64,000 bases of DNA from Candidatus Micrarchaeota archaeon (GCA_964408425.1 CAYOZI010000001.1:8861-72860), one strand, 5' to 3'; shown: positions 51,385-61,147, counted from the stretch's first letter. Made by a program: numbers and translations. Notes: generated by a model not told the origin, from the sequence alone.

Positions 51385-52098
51385 TCAACTGGTTTTCAAT
51401 AACGAAGCGATTTTATCGGCGTTCAAAAACTCCACTTTCTTTACGCCCGTCCTTACGAGTGCCCCGTCGACGAGTTCAGGAGCGAGTTTTCCATCTGAAA
51501 CTTTCTTCAACGCCTTCATACACAACTTCAAGCCCTCTTCCAAAGAAAGGCCTTCCTTGTACTCCTTTTCGAACAATTCTTCAACCACTTTCTTTCCGCT
51601 GCCGATTGCGGTAGCACGGTATTCAAACAAAGCCCCGCTCGGGTCTGTTTCGAATAACCTCAACTCCCCGTCAGCCCCGGCTATCAATAACGATACGCCG
51701 TAAGGCCTGACGCCCCCGTATTGGGTGTAAGCCTGGATGTGGTCGCCCACTTTCTTGGAAAGCATTTCCACGCTTATCGCTTCATCGTAAGTCAACCTGT
51801 GTTTTTGCGCTTCCAAGCGGGACATGTCGACGAGTTTTCTGGCATCTGCAACCAAACCTGAAGAAGCGGCTACGATGTGCGAATCGATCTGGTAAATCTT
51901 CTCGTGGCTTCCGCCTACGAGCAGTGAAGAAGAAAGGCGTTTTTGGGCGAGAAGGATGACTCCGTCCTTGCAAACCATTCCTACGCTCGTGGCGCCGGTT
52001 TTCACGGCTTCCCGCGCGTATTCCACTTGGAACAGCCTTCCGTCTGGAGAGAAAACGGTAATGGCACGATCGTAAGCAGACTGGCTCGGGGGGTACAT
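51385..52098 (-). CDS. psmA: Proteasome subunit alpha
   Basis: N-terminal YDRAITVFSPDGRLFQVEYA signature; 237 aa. Confidence 0.9.
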   Translation of the reverse strand: MYPPSQSAYDRAITVFSPDGRLFQVEYAREAVKTGATSVGMVCKDGVILLAQKRLSSSLLVGGSHEKIYQIDSHIVAASSGLVADARKLVDMSRLEAQKHRLTYDEAISVEMLSKKVGDHIQAYTQYGGVRPYGVSLLIAGADGELRLFETDPSGALFEYRATAIGSGKKVVEELFEKEYKEGLSLEEGLKLCMKALKKVSDGKLAPELVDGALVRTGVKKVEFLNADKIASLLKTS

Positions 52099-52277
52099 AA
52101 TTCAATTCACCTCAATTTTTCTTTACAAATGCCTCGAAAAAAGGCTTTGCTGTCCTAAAACCACCTTAAAACCTGAAAAAGAGTGAAGCTCGCAGGCCTC
52201 AAAAACTCGTTTTTCTTTTTCCTTTTACAGAAAGCTAAGGCGGAAAACCATATTTATAAGTTTGTTTTCGGGAGGAA

Positions 52278-52700
52278 TCAAAGTTCCTTCAAAAGCGACA
52301 GCCTGTAGAGCTTGAAACCGCGTTTTTTGTACATTTTCAAGGCCGTCTTGTTTGCAGGATGGACAGTCAGGGAAACGCTCCCGATTCCCTTGCTCCTAAG
52401 AGCGGCAAGGCATTTCTCAAACAACGCCGTTCCAACCCCTTTCTTACGCCATTTTTCAGCCACGAAAAAGCTCGCAATGTAAGAAGTGCTGGAATCGGTG
52501 AAGCTGAGCCTCTTTTCGGCAACTATGGCGCCTATGAGCTTTCCCTCGCTCTCGGCTACAAAACAAGTGCCCTGAATGCGGTTTTTGAAAGCGGCTCTGA
52601 AAACTTTCAGGCCCTGAGAGAAAGCGGTTTTGGGAAAAACTTCGGAGTCGAGCTTTGCAATGCGCAATACGTCGCTGGTTTTAGCAAGCCGAATTTTCAT
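52278..52700 (-). CDS. GNAT family N-acetyltransferase (RimI-like)
   Basis: 140 aa; acetyl-CoA motif ..WRKKGVGTALFEKCLAAL.. Confidence 0.7.
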   Translation of the reverse strand: MKIRLAKTSDVLRIAKLDSEVFPKTAFSQGLKVFRAAFKNRIQGTCFVAESEGKLIGAIVAEKRLSFTDSSTSYIASFFVAEKWRKKGVGTALFEKCLAALRSKGIGSVSLTVHPANKTALKMYKKRGFKLYRLSLLKEL

Positions 52701-52704
52701 TTAC

Positions 52705-53127
52705 TCATCTCGTTCTTTTCGAAGGAGTGAAGGAGCCTTTGACTTCCTTAACCCTCAGCGCCACGTTTTTCCCTTCGAAAAACCGCTTTAATGCAAGAGC
52801 GGCTATCGTCCTCTCCAGGAGTTTAGTCGAGCATTTGATTACTGCCTCCTGCTTTTCCGAATCGAATTGCTTGAAGGCGAAAGCCGCTTCCCCTGCCCCG
52901 GCTTCCCCCAGTATTTCAAGAACCGCTTGGGACAACAACCTTTTCGCGGAAATCTCGTCAAGCTTCTCCTCGCTTTCGACGGCAACAGTCACGTAACGTT
53001 TTTTCTCTCTCAAAACAACCCAACCCCTTCGAGAAAACCTGTTTTGTTTATTAATCCGCCAAGGCAATTTAATAGCTATGGAGAAACCCCACGTTTTCGA
53101 AAGCCTCAACCCCCAGCTCGAGCGCAT
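52705..53127 (-). CDS. RNase P protein subunit Pop5/Rpp14-like
   Basis: ..REKKRYVTVAVESEE..LSQAVLEILGEAG..KQFDSEKQEAVIKC.. resembles Pop5. The ORF track extends to 53250; start trimmed to MRSSWG. The boundary is uncertain. Confidence 0.4.
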   Translation of the reverse strand: MRSSWGLRLSKTWGFSIAIKLPWRINKQNRFSRRGWVVLREKKRYVTVAVESEEKLDEISAKRLLSQAVLEILGEAGAGEAAFAFKQFDSEKQEAVIKCSTKLLERTIAALALKRFFEGKNVALRVKEVKGSFTPSKRTR

Positions 53128-53500
53128 AATGCTCACAAAACCTTGCGTGGTAATCGACTTGACTAAACCCGCAGGCTCTAAAACCCACTTTGAAACCGAA
53201 ATGGGAAGCAAGCTCGACAGGGCTTCAGACCTACTCGTAGTCAAGGGCATTCACGACATCGGAGTGGGCGTAATCGTGGGCAGGATCAAAAGGCGGGTGA
53301 ACAGGAATCCCGACTCGCACATATTCATTTACGGCTTTCACAAGGGAATCTACGCCCTGTCGAGAAGCTTGAGGAAATACAAGCTCAGCCACGGCGTGGT
53401 CGTATCCCAGCAGCAGCTCAAGGAATTCGGCAAGCTGAAAAACCTGGGCAGGGAAGTCACGGCTAAAGAGCTAGCCGACGTTCTTAAGGAAGACCTCTAG
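53078..53500 (+). CDS. Hypothetical ORF (start uncertain; later candidate M at 53201)
   Basis: 140-aa ORF between Pop5-like and Ham1 on the opposite strand; its 5' end conflicts with the Pop5-like start, so one of the two boundaries is wrong. Confidence 0.25.
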   Translation: MEKPHVFESLNPQLERIMLTKPCVVIDLTKPAGSKTHFETEMGSKLDRASDLLVVKGIHDIGVGVIVGRIKRRVNRNPDSHIFIYGFHKGIYALSRSLRKYKLSHGVVVSQQQLKEFGKLKNLGREVTAKELADVLKEDL

Positions 53501-54031
53501 TTTTTTGAAAGCCTTCGAACGGTGGTTTTGCTCGAACAAAAACTCATTCAAATCGCTTTTTGAAAAAGCGGCTACCGGAGTTTTGAAGCCCGAAGGAATG
53601 AAAACGCTCAAGTAAGGCAAGTGCGGTATTTTCCGTTTAGCCGGCTTTTCTGCAATCCTACCCCTGCACACGCCCTTGAACAAACGCACGTTCTTACCGT
53701 CGCAATAGCCCGCAATCGTCCGGAAAAAAGCTTTCCTTCCGCCGCATTTCCTTGAGAAACCGCCCAAACCAAGCCTGTTGAAGACACCCTTGCTGTTCAA
53801 GCCTGGATATCCCTTGAACCCTTCGACGAACAGCCCCGTATCCTCTACCACCACGGGCTTCCCGGTTTTTTCGAACGCGTCCCACGCTTTCCTCACGACG
53901 AGCTGCTCATGGGAAAGCGTCTTGTCCTCGTGCAGATCAAGCGGGATTATTTTCACGTTCAGTTTCTTCATAATCCGCTTGACTTCCTTGGCTTTCCCCC
54001 TGTTGGAAGTGGCGAAAAGGACTGTTTTCAA
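53471..54031 (-). CDS. Non-canonical purine NTP pyrophosphatase (Ham1/RdgB/ITPase family)
   Basis: N-terminal VLFATSNRGKAKE signature; 186 aa. Confidence 0.8.
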   Translation of the reverse strand: MKTVLFATSNRGKAKEVKRIMKKLNVKIIPLDLHEDKTLSHEQLVVRKAWDAFEKTGKPVVVEDTGLFVEGFKGYPGLNSKGVFNRLGLGGFSRKCGGRKAFFRTIAGYCDGKNVRLFKGVCRGRIAEKPAKRKIPHLPYLSVFIPSGFKTPVAAFSKSDLNEFLFEQNHRSKAFKKLEVFLKNVG

Positions 54032-54051
54032 TCATATCCCCAGAAAAAAGC

Positions 54052-54522
54052 TCAGTAAACGACCTTGCAGTTGGATTTCAGCAGGAACGAAAGCACCTGG
54101 CGCGTCGGGATAAAATCTGGAGAAATACCCAGTTCGTACTCCCCTTGCGCAGAGCGTTTCTTTTTGAATAACAGGGAAGGCTCGACGCCGAAAAAGAATT
54201 CCAGCCACTTTTCCCTGCTCACTTCCGCCGCTTTCACGAACTCCACGTCATTCCACTTCATCGATTGCGAACCGCGCTTGTCCGAAACGGTTATTTTTTC
54301 CGAATCGATTTTCACGAACCAGTCCTGGGAATCGGCAGCGCTTCCCCAAAGCTGGCCGAAAGTATCCAAAGCAAACAATCCCGACAACACCGCCAAAACG
54401 ACTATCCAAGGGTTCGAAAGGGTTATCGGGTATAGGTACAGAGACAGCAGGAATACCGCCAGGTAAAAGAAAAACTCGGCGTAAAACCGTCCTGCAATCC
54501 TCGCCTTGAATTCCACGCTCAT
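54052..54522 (-). CDS. Hypothetical membrane-anchored protein
   Basis: 156 aa; 2 N-terminal TM helices then a soluble domain. Confidence 0.4.
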   Translation of the reverse strand: MSVEFKARIAGRFYAEFFFYLAVFLLSLYLYPITLSNPWIVVLAVLSGLFALDTFGQLWGSAADSQDWFVKIDSEKITVSDKRGSQSMKWNDVEFVKAAEVSREKWLEFFFGVEPSLLFKKKRSAQGEYELGISPDFIPTRQVLSFLLKSNCKVVY

Positions 54523-55071
54523 TTAACTCCCCCTCTTCGAACGTTTTTCCGTTCCCGGCTTGACTCTGGGCTTGTCCAGTTTTGCAAAAAACCACACCAA
54601 TACGAGTAACCCCAGAGAAACCAGGACACCATCGCTAAGGACACGAATCAAGCTAGTTTGGTAATACTGCAGCGTACCTTGAAAAACCCAGGTAAACAAG
54701 TTTTGACAAGAACTGTTTAAGTAAGCCTGAATGTCGCCGGGCAGAAATCCAAATTGCGGATTCACGCACAAATCAACATAAGTTTGGTAAGAAAAATCGA
54801 GAACGTCGGCAACAGGGGCTTTAAACAACGCCATCAACATGCCGGCAAAGGAAACCATCGCCACTTGCAGCCGCAAGTTTGAACCCCACTCCTTCGAAAA
54901 AACCTTGTGAAAAGTCCAACCAACTGCCAAAGCGAAAAGCACAATGGACAGCAAGCTAATAAAACCGCCTACCGGAATTAAAACAGAGTCAAGTAGTTGG
55001 TAAGAAAACGCTACAGCTAAAGCAAACAAAACAACCGAAAGCCACTTGTTCATTAAAGCCCAACCTCTCAA
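54523..55071 (-). CDS. Hypothetical membrane protein
   Basis: 182 aa; 4 predicted TM helices; abuts the previous ORF. Confidence 0.4.
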   Translation of the reverse strand: MRGWALMNKWLSVVLFALAVAFSYQLLDSVLIPVGGFISLLSIVLFALAVGWTFHKVFSKEWGSNLRLQVAMVSFAGMLMALFKAPVADVLDFSYQTYVDLCVNPQFGFLPGDIQAYLNSSCQNLFTWVFQGTLQYYQTSLIRVLSDGVLVSLGLLVLVWFFAKLDKPRVKPGTEKRSKRGS

Positions 55072-55089
55072 CGGATTACCAGAACCTGG

Positions 55090-55524
55090 TTATTTAAACC
55101 CAAACTCGCTTTCAAACGCCTTTTTCGCCTGCAGCGGGGTTAAGGAAAATAAAGAACCTAACCCCTGCACTTCCCGCTTTCCCTTCAGGTCGAACCTGCT
55201 CTTCGCGTAAGCATTGGTAAACAGGAATTTCGCCTTTAGCCTGAAGCAAAGCCTGAAAAACAATTTCAACTCCCTCAACAATTTCGCCCGGCTAGCGCCC
55301 TTCGAGCTTACGAGCGCGGTCAATGGAATTGCGAACGACGCCCTCCCCTCGCCAACGCTCCTTATCAAAGCGTCATCCCTGAAAAACGCCTTCACGCCCA
55401 ACGGGTTTATCAAAACATCCTTCTCCGTCGATTTCCTCAACAGGTCGCTTTTCTCCGACTCGGCAATATCCCCTTTTTTCAGCAAAGCAACGTCCTTCTG
55501 GCTCTTCAAGACAACGATTTTCAT
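55090..55524 (-). CDS. Hypothetical protein
   Basis: Start trimmed to MKIVVLK to avoid an out-of-frame overlap with the prs 3' end; no motif recognised. Confidence 0.35.
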   Translation of the reverse strand: MKIVVLKSQKDVALLKKGDIAESEKSDLLRKSTEKDVLINPLGVKAFFRDDALIRSVGEGRASFAIPLTALVSSKGASRAKLLRELKLFFRLCFRLKAKFLFTNAYAKSRFDLKGKREVQGLGSLFSLTPLQAKKAFESEFGFK

Positions 55525-55535
55525 TCCAACCACGT

Positions 55536-56444
55536 TCAAACAAATTTTTTCAAAGCCTTCGCCAAAGCAGGCGAAGCGTCGATCTGCGAAAACGAATTGG
55601 GCAGGGTGTTCGAGCAGGCTATGGAATCCAGGCCGTTTTTCCTCACCTTCCTCCCGCCTTCCTCGTCCAGCAAATGCACCACTACGCAATCCACTTTCTT
55701 AGCGCCATGCCTCTTCAATATTCCCGCAACGGAAATCAAGGTATTTCCGGTCGAGGCTATGTCGTCTATCAGCAAAACGCTTTTTCCCTTGCAATCCAAG
55801 CCTGGGGTTTCGAAGCTCTTTATCCTCGTCCCGCTAAAGCGCTTCTTCAGGAAAACATAATGCCCCGCATTCAATTCTTCCGCTATTTCCCCCGCCAGAG
55901 GCGCAGACTCCCCGTCCGGCCCGACCACTAGGACGTTTTTCCCCGACAGTTTTTTCTTTTTAGCGTAATCGGCGATTTCTTTCGAAAGGAGGACGTTCAC
56001 TGCCGGAATGCGGAAGATCTGCTTCAAAGAGGAAATGCGGTGGAGATGAGTCGTAACAGTAACGAAACCGTCCGCCCCCGCCCATTCGATCATTTTAGCG
56101 ACAATCCTGTTGCTCACGACTTCCCCTTCGTTAAACCGGTTATCCTGCCTCGCGTAAGCGAAATAAGGAACCACGGCAAAAACCTTCTTCGCCCCTAGCT
56201 CCTTGGCGGTTTTCAGCGCGAAAACCAGTTCAATCAGGGAATCGTTCGGAAACGGGTGCAGCGACTGCACTACGAAAACGGTTTTCCCCTTCAACGGAGC
56301 CGTGAAACGTATTTTCATCTCGCCGTCCGGGAATTTTTCCGCATAAAGGTCGGAATAGCCTGCGTCCAGCCTCTTTGCCAAGGCTCGCCCTAAAAGTTTT
56401 CCTTGCGAACAGCCGACAACCAGCCCCCTAGCCATGAGAGGCAT
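55536..56444 (-). CDS. prs: Ribose-phosphate pyrophosphokinase (PRPP synthetase)
   Basis: PRPP-binding loop ..GKSVLLIDDIASTGNTL..; start taken at MPLMARG. Confidence 0.85.
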   Translation of the reverse strand: MPLMARGLVVGCSQGKLLGRALAKRLDAGYSDLYAEKFPDGEMKIRFTAPLKGKTVFVVQSLHPFPNDSLIELVFALKTAKELGAKKVFAVVPYFAYARQDNRFNEGEVVSNRIVAKMIEWAGADGFVTVTTHLHRISSLKQIFRIPAVNVLLSKEIADYAKKKKLSGKNVLVVGPDGESAPLAGEIAEELNAGHYVFLKKRFSGTRIKSFETPGLDCKGKSVLLIDDIASTGNTLISVAGILKRHGAKKVDCVVVHLLDEEGGRKVRKNGLDSIACSNTLPNSFSQIDASPALAKALKKFV

Positions 56445-56480
56445 TAAAGAAAAAGGGGAATAAAAAAGGAGACTTTGCAA

Positions 56481-57074
56481 TCAAACGGCCTTTGAGGGCT
56501 GCTTTCGGGAATGGATTAGCAGGTGATGGTAAAGATCCACAGCCACTTTTAGCGAGAGCATCAAAACCGGAGGGACTCCTGCAATCAAGCCGAGAATTGC
56601 AAGGCCAACGGCAAACAGCCGTTGTAATGCAGTGATAATGTCGATTATACCGTAACCCAAGGTTTTAGAAAGCTCCAGGTACTCGCTCTGCCTCACGACG
56701 TTCAAGAAGAAAGACAAACCGTGGCTTGCAAAAAAAGTCACCGCCATATAGAATGCTTCTTGGGAACTCGACCACATGAGGGCGAAAACAAAGCCCACCC
56801 AACACAGCCAGTAAAAAAATTTGGTCGGCGAAAGCCGAAGGTCCTTCATTCTGCCGTCCTTGAGACGGCTGGCCGCATAACCAATCTTGAGATAGCCGTA
56901 CAAGAAAATGAACAGCCCTTCCGCAACGTAACCAGCAAAAATATGGCGCGGATTCCAGTTCAGGAACAAAAGCCCGTACAAAGGAAGAAGGTTGGCTGCA
57001 ACAAGGACTAAGGCGGATGTTTTAGCCTCGTCAGACAACCCGGACGGAATCCACTGCATGAAGAGTTTATGCAC
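56481..57074 (-). CDS. Hypothetical membrane protein
   Basis: 197 aa; 5-6 TM helices. Confidence 0.4.
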   Translation of the reverse strand: MHKLFMQWIPSGLSDEAKTSALVLVAANLLPLYGLLFLNWNPRHIFAGYVAEGLFIFLYGYLKIGYAASRLKDGRMKDLRLSPTKFFYWLCWVGFVFALMWSSSQEAFYMAVTFFASHGLSFFLNVVRQSEYLELSKTLGYGIIDIITALQRLFAVGLAILGLIAGVPPVLMLSLKVAVDLYHHLLIHSRKQPSKAV

Positions 57075-57486
57075 TTCGGGATTTAAGTATGACTTCGAAA
57101 TACTGGTTCGAACCGTCCTCGCCTATCCAATAGGCGTTTATCGCCTTGAAATGAGGATAGCGGCGCTGCGCCTTTTGCGTGGCAAACCACGACCAGGGCT
57201 TTCCGGGGTTTTCCTTCAGCCTGTTTTTCGCGGGTTTCCTCCCCAAATCGGGTCTTTTTCTTTTTACTTTCCCGCGGGGAGTCTTCACCCTGATGACGAT
57301 GAAATCTTTTGAGGCTTTGTAACCCAATTCCCTCGCCCTGCCCGGGTTGAACGGATTCGCAACCCTCACTACTGACGAGGTTCTCCTCCAAGCCTGAAGC
57401 CGTTTCCTGTGAAACTCGGGCTTCGTCTTGAAAGTCTTGGCAAAGCTTTCTTTAATGTACTTGAACGCACCCATTTCTCGAATCAC
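57067..57486 (-). CDS. rpl15e: 50S ribosomal protein L15e (eL15), C-terminally short
   Basis: ..LGYKASKDFIVIRVKTPRGKVKRKRP..AINAYWIGEDGSNQYFEVIL.. The ORF ends right after the EVIL block (139 aa vs ~190). Confidence 0.75.
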   Translation of the reverse strand: MIREMGAFKYIKESFAKTFKTKPEFHRKRLQAWRRTSSVVRVANPFNPGRARELGYKASKDFIVIRVKTPRGKVKRKRPDLGRKPAKNRLKENPGKPWSWFATQKAQRRYPHFKAINAYWIGEDGSNQYFEVILKSRSA

Positions 57487-57612
57487 CTTCTTTTCTGGGC
57501 CTTTCTTTCGAAAGGCGGTCCAACATCAATCCGGATTTCCGAAAACGGAAAAACCAGAAAACAACTTTGCAAAACGCGGTATTTAAGACTATTGAAATCC
57601 AACAATAAAACC

Positions 57613-57822
57613 ATGAAAATACTCGTTTCAATACTCAACCCTTTGGAGAAAAAGAAGGCGGTCAGTGCAAAGGAAAACTCCAGCTTGAGGTTTTTGCAGA
57701 AGCAATTGAAGCTGAACGGGCAGACGTTCGTTTCCAGGATAAACGGCAAGATAGCGCATCCAGAAACGATTTTGAATGAAGGCGATAAAGTAGAATTCAT
57801 AGGAGTGATTTACGGAGGCTGA
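57613..57822 (+). CDS. Ubiquitin-like small modifier / sulfur carrier (SAMP/MoaD/ThiS family) ending in Gly-Gly
   Basis: 69 aa beta-grasp-like protein ending ..KVEFIGVIYGG just before the stop; ATG at 57613. Confidence 0.6.
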   Translation: MKILVSILNPLEKKKAVSAKENSSLRFLQKQLKLNGQTFVSRINGKIAHPETILNEGDKVEFIGVIYGG

Positions 57823-57827
57823 AGAAG

Positions 57828-58085
57828 GTGATTGCACGCGACAAGATTTTGCAGGTGTTTGCGGACTTAAAGCTCAAGGGAAAATGGGACGGAAACGAGT
57901 TCAGAGCCGACTTGCCCAGTGATTTCGACAAGCCGGGCTTGCTCAAGAAAATAGAAGCGGAATTGAAAATCAAGGGTATGCAATCAAAGCACGACGAGGA
58001 GAACAGCCGGCTTATAATAAAACACGCGGGCGAAACTCACGAGATTTCACACAAACCAGGGCGACTCAGCTACTTCAGGCGCTAA
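57828..58085 (+). CDS. Hypothetical small protein
   Basis: 85 aa, charged; immediately downstream of the SAMP-like gene. Confidence 0.35.
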   Translation: MIARDKILQVFADLKLKGKWDGNEFRADLPSDFDKPGLLKKIEAELKIKGMQSKHDEENSRLIIKHAGETHEISHKPGRLSYFRR

Positions 58086-58696
58086 CGCGGTTTTTTGCCG
58101 GTTTCAAGCTTTTTCTTTGCAAACCAACCTAGTATTCCCAAAACAGCCAGTACTCCCAACACAATCCAAAACTGCGGTTTATACTGCAAAATCGAGCTGC
58201 CTATCCAAGCGAGAATAAACGCCCTCGGAATCGTCCCTATGAAAGTCATTACGACGAAAGAAGGAAAGTTGAATCTTAGAATCCCGCTTGTAATCGAGAA
58301 AACCTTGAACGGAATGAACGGGATCAAGCGCGCAATCAATACCGCAGGCGCCCCCCACTCGTGAAACTTTTTCTCGGCCTTCAACACCCGTTCAGGGGTT
58401 ATGAAAAGATAGGGCCCGATCTTGTCGATTATCGGCCTTCCCCCGTAATACCCTATTCCGTACCCGAGCATCGCCCCGAGCGTCGAGCCTATCGTCCCCC
58501 ATATTGCCACAGTCACCGGGTCGAAAAACAAGCCAGCGGTAACGAGAATCAATTCAGAAGGGATGGGAATGAAGGAAGATTCCAGAAACATTCCCGCGGC
58601 TATTCCCAAACCGCCGTACGAAACGATTATGGGCTTCAGGACAGCGAAAAAATAAGCTTCGACGCCGGCTATCCACGCCAATAATTCCGAAAGCAT
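58082..58696 (-). CDS. DedA/SNARE-associated family membrane protein
   Basis: 204 aa; ..FLESSFIPIPSELILV.. signature and G-rich re-entrant loop. Confidence 0.7.
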   Translation of the reverse strand: MLSELLAWIAGVEAYFFAVLKPIIVSYGGLGIAAGMFLESSFIPIPSELILVTAGLFFDPVTVAIWGTIGSTLGAMLGYGIGYYGGRPIIDKIGPYLFITPERVLKAEKKFHEWGAPAVLIARLIPFIPFKVFSITSGILRFNFPSFVVMTFIGTIPRAFILAWIGSSILQYKPQFWIVLGVLAVLGILGWFAKKKLETGKKPR

Positions 58697-58752
58697 TAAA
58701 GAAGAAACTACCCAGAGTTTTAAATAACAAACTGGTTCTGGGCAAGAAAAAA

Positions 58753-59703
58753 ATGGTTAAGGCTAAAATTCCTTCTTGCGGACACTGCGGAAAGAACGCG
58801 GAAATAGAGCTAGAGTACACCCGGCAAAATTTGTGCTCCTCCTGTTTTTCGAAAGTGTTCGAAAAACGCGTGCGGAAGGCGAACCACAAGTTCCAAATGT
58901 TCAAGCGAGGCGATCTGGTGGTCGTGGGCGTAAGCGGGGGGAAGGATTCGGGGGCGTTGCTATACATTTTAAGCAAAATGGCCGGGGAAATAGGCTTTGA
59001 AGTAAAGCCCGTTCTAGTGGACGAAGGCATTCACGGTTACAGGAACAAGGCTTTGAAAGAAGCGGAAAAGCTGTGCGAAAAACGGGGGTTGGAACTGGAA
59101 ATATTTTCGTACAAAAAGCTTTTCGGAAAGACGATGGATGAAGTGATGAAAGCGAGGGATGAAGGCAAAGTTAAGGGAAAGGCGTGTTCCTTCTGCGGCG
59201 TGTTCAGGAAGAAGGCGTTGAATCAAGCTGCATTGGAATTGAAGGCGACTAAAGTCGCCATAGGGCATAACGCCGACGACGTTGCGCAAACGTTCCTGAT
59301 GAACTTGCTTAGGGCGGAGGGAGAGAGGAACGAAAGATTCAGAATCGTGGACAAGCCGAAGAAAGGATTCGTCCCGCGAGTAAGGCCGCTGGTTTTCAAC
59401 ACGGAAAAGGAAACGGCGCTGTTTTGCCTTACAAACGATATCCCGTTCCACTTGGGCGAATGCCCTTACTCGAGCGAAGCCTTCCGCGCCGAAGTCAAAG
59501 GTTTTTTGAATGAAACCGAGGAAAAATACCCGGGAGTGAAATTCAACCTGTTGCATTCCTTCCTCCAAAACCAAGAGTGGCTGGACGAGAAAACCGGAAA
59601 AAGCGGAGAGGAAAAGGAAATGCGGTATTGCGAAGAATGCTCTTCCCCTTCTTCGGGAAGAAAATGCAAAGCCTGCGAGTTGAAGGAAAAGCTTGGCTCT
59701 TGA
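58753..59703 (+). CDS. PP-loop ATPase tRNA thiolation enzyme (Ncs6/NcsA/TtcA family) with N- and C-terminal zinc fingers
   Basis: SGGKDS PP-loop; CxxC..CxxC at the N-terminus and CEEC..CKAC at the C-terminus; 316 aa. Confidence 0.8.
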   Translation: MVKAKIPSCGHCGKNAEIELEYTRQNLCSSCFSKVFEKRVRKANHKFQMFKRGDLVVVGVSGGKDSGALLYILSKMAGEIGFEVKPVLVDEGIHGYRNKALKEAEKLCEKRGLELEIFSYKKLFGKTMDEVMKARDEGKVKGKACSFCGVFRKKALNQAALELKATKVAIGHNADDVAQTFLMNLLRAEGERNERFRIVDKPKKGFVPRVRPLVFNTEKETALFCLTNDIPFHLGECPYSSEAFRAEVKGFLNETEEKYPGVKFNLLHSFLQNQEWLDEKTGKSGEEKEMRYCEECSSPSSGRKCKACELKEKLGS

Positions 59704-59704
59704 A

Positions 59705-60382
59705 TTACAGGTTCAACGCGATTATCCCGCTCAAGACGAAATCCACGGCTATGCTCGCCAACAGCAACCCCATTATCCTCGAGAAAATCTCACTTCCAGT
59801 TTCGCCCATGATTTTCATCAGCCTGGGCGCCATAAGCAAAATCAAGAACGTGAGAGCAAGCGAAACGATTGCGGCAGTGGCGGTGGTTACAAACCCGACT
59901 GAGTTCACCAGGAGAATAGCGGCGGTCAAAACGCCCGGGCCGGTAATCAGCGGAACACCAATGACGACTATTCCAACATCCACCTTCTTTTGCTCTTTCG
60001 GAAAAGTTATTCCCAAAACGTATTCCAACGCTATCAAAAACAAGACTATTCCGCCTGCGATCTTGAAGTGCTCGATCTTGATTCCCAAAAACCCGAACAG
60101 CAAAGGCCCTACGACTATGAATACGAGCAACGCCCCCGCTGCGATGAAAACGGCCGTTTTCGCGGCTTGAAACTGTTTCCCGGAATCGAACCCTTTCGTA
60201 AGATGGTAGAATACGGGGGTGCTGGCGAAAGGATCCATGATCACGAAGATCGTCACGAAAGCCTGCAACAACTGCTGGAGGTTGAAGTCGAACACGCAGT
60301 TCATTAAGCAGGACGGGTTAAAAAAACGAGGGGGGAAAAAAGGCGCCAGAGAGCGTAGGAAAAGCTTTTTTAAACGCTCCAA
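59705..60382 (-). CDS. MarC family (UPF0056) integral membrane protein
   Basis: 6 TM helices; ..FVIMDPF.. and ..GVPLITGPG.. motifs. Confidence 0.65.
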   Translation of the reverse strand: MERLKKLFLRSLAPFFPPRFFNPSCLMNCVFDFNLQQLLQAFVTIFVIMDPFASTPVFYHLTKGFDSGKQFQAAKTAVFIAAGALLVFIVVGPLLFGFLGIKIEHFKIAGGIVLFLIALEYVLGITFPKEQKKVDVGIVVIGVPLITGPGVLTAAILLVNSVGFVTTATAAIVSLALTFLILLMAPRLMKIMGETGSEIFSRIMGLLLASIAVDFVLSGIIALNL

Positions 60383-60457
60383 GCATTATTTTCTTCTCGT
60401 TTTAAGGCGAGTTTTAGTCCATTCAGCAGATTTAGCGTTCGTTTTGAAAAAAGGTTT

Positions 60458-61147
60458 TTGAAAATGGGTATAAGGCCTGCAAGAGCATCTCGCGATATTC
60501 GCGGCCAGCCGTGGGCCCGCCTTTCAAAACGCAAGCCGCGCAAGAGCTACGTCAAAGGAGCCCCACAGCCGAAAGTAAGGCAGTATCAGATGGGAGTGGA
60601 CAAGCCCTACGAATTGGAAGTGGAAATGGTAGAGCAAATTCCCGTAAGAATTCGCGATAATTCGTTGGAAGCCGCACGCCAGGCTGCAAACAAGTATCTG
60701 GAAAAAAGCATTCCGGGAAATTACTTCTTCCAAATCGTTCCGTACCCCCACCTTGTTTTGAGAGAGCATAGCGCGTTGGGAGTGGCTGGAGCAGATCGTA
60801 TTTCAAAAGGAATGAAAAAAGCGTTCGGAAGGCCCAAGGGAAGGCTGGCGCAACTCGAAACCGGAAAGGCAGTAATGAGAGCCAGGATACTATCCAAGGA
60901 TTTGCCTTTGCTGAAAGAGGCATTGCATCGCGCAACCATCAAAATGCCCGGCAAAACCAAGATCGTTATTCGTGATATATCCAAAGACGCTGCAAACCTC
61001 GCCAAGAAGGCAGTCGTGTTCGCCAAGAAGGAAGAGGAAGTGGTTGCAGCCCCGACCGCCGCAGCCGAAGAAACCGCTGCCGCCGAAGGGGAGAAAGCAG
61101 CTGAAGGAAAAGGCGAAGCGAAAGAAGCCAAAGGCGGAAAGAAATAA
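60458..61147 (+). CDS. rpl10e: 50S ribosomal protein L10e (uL16) with an Ala/Glu/Lys-rich C-terminal extension
   Basis: uL16 core (..PYPHLVLREHSALGVAGADRISKGMKKAFGRPKG..) plus a ~50-aa tail ..AAPTAAAEETAAAEGEKAAEGKGEAKEAKGGKK. Confidence 0.85.
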   Translation: MKMGIRPARASRDIRGQPWARLSKRKPRKSYVKGAPQPKVRQYQMGVDKPYELEVEMVEQIPVRIRDNSLEAARQAANKYLEKSIPGNYFFQIVPYPHLVLREHSALGVAGADRISKGMKKAFGRPKGRLAQLETGKAVMRARILSKDLPLLKEALHRATIKMPGKTKIVIRDISKDAANLAKKAVVFAKKEEEVVAAPTAAAEETAAAEGEKAAEGKGEAKEAKGGKK

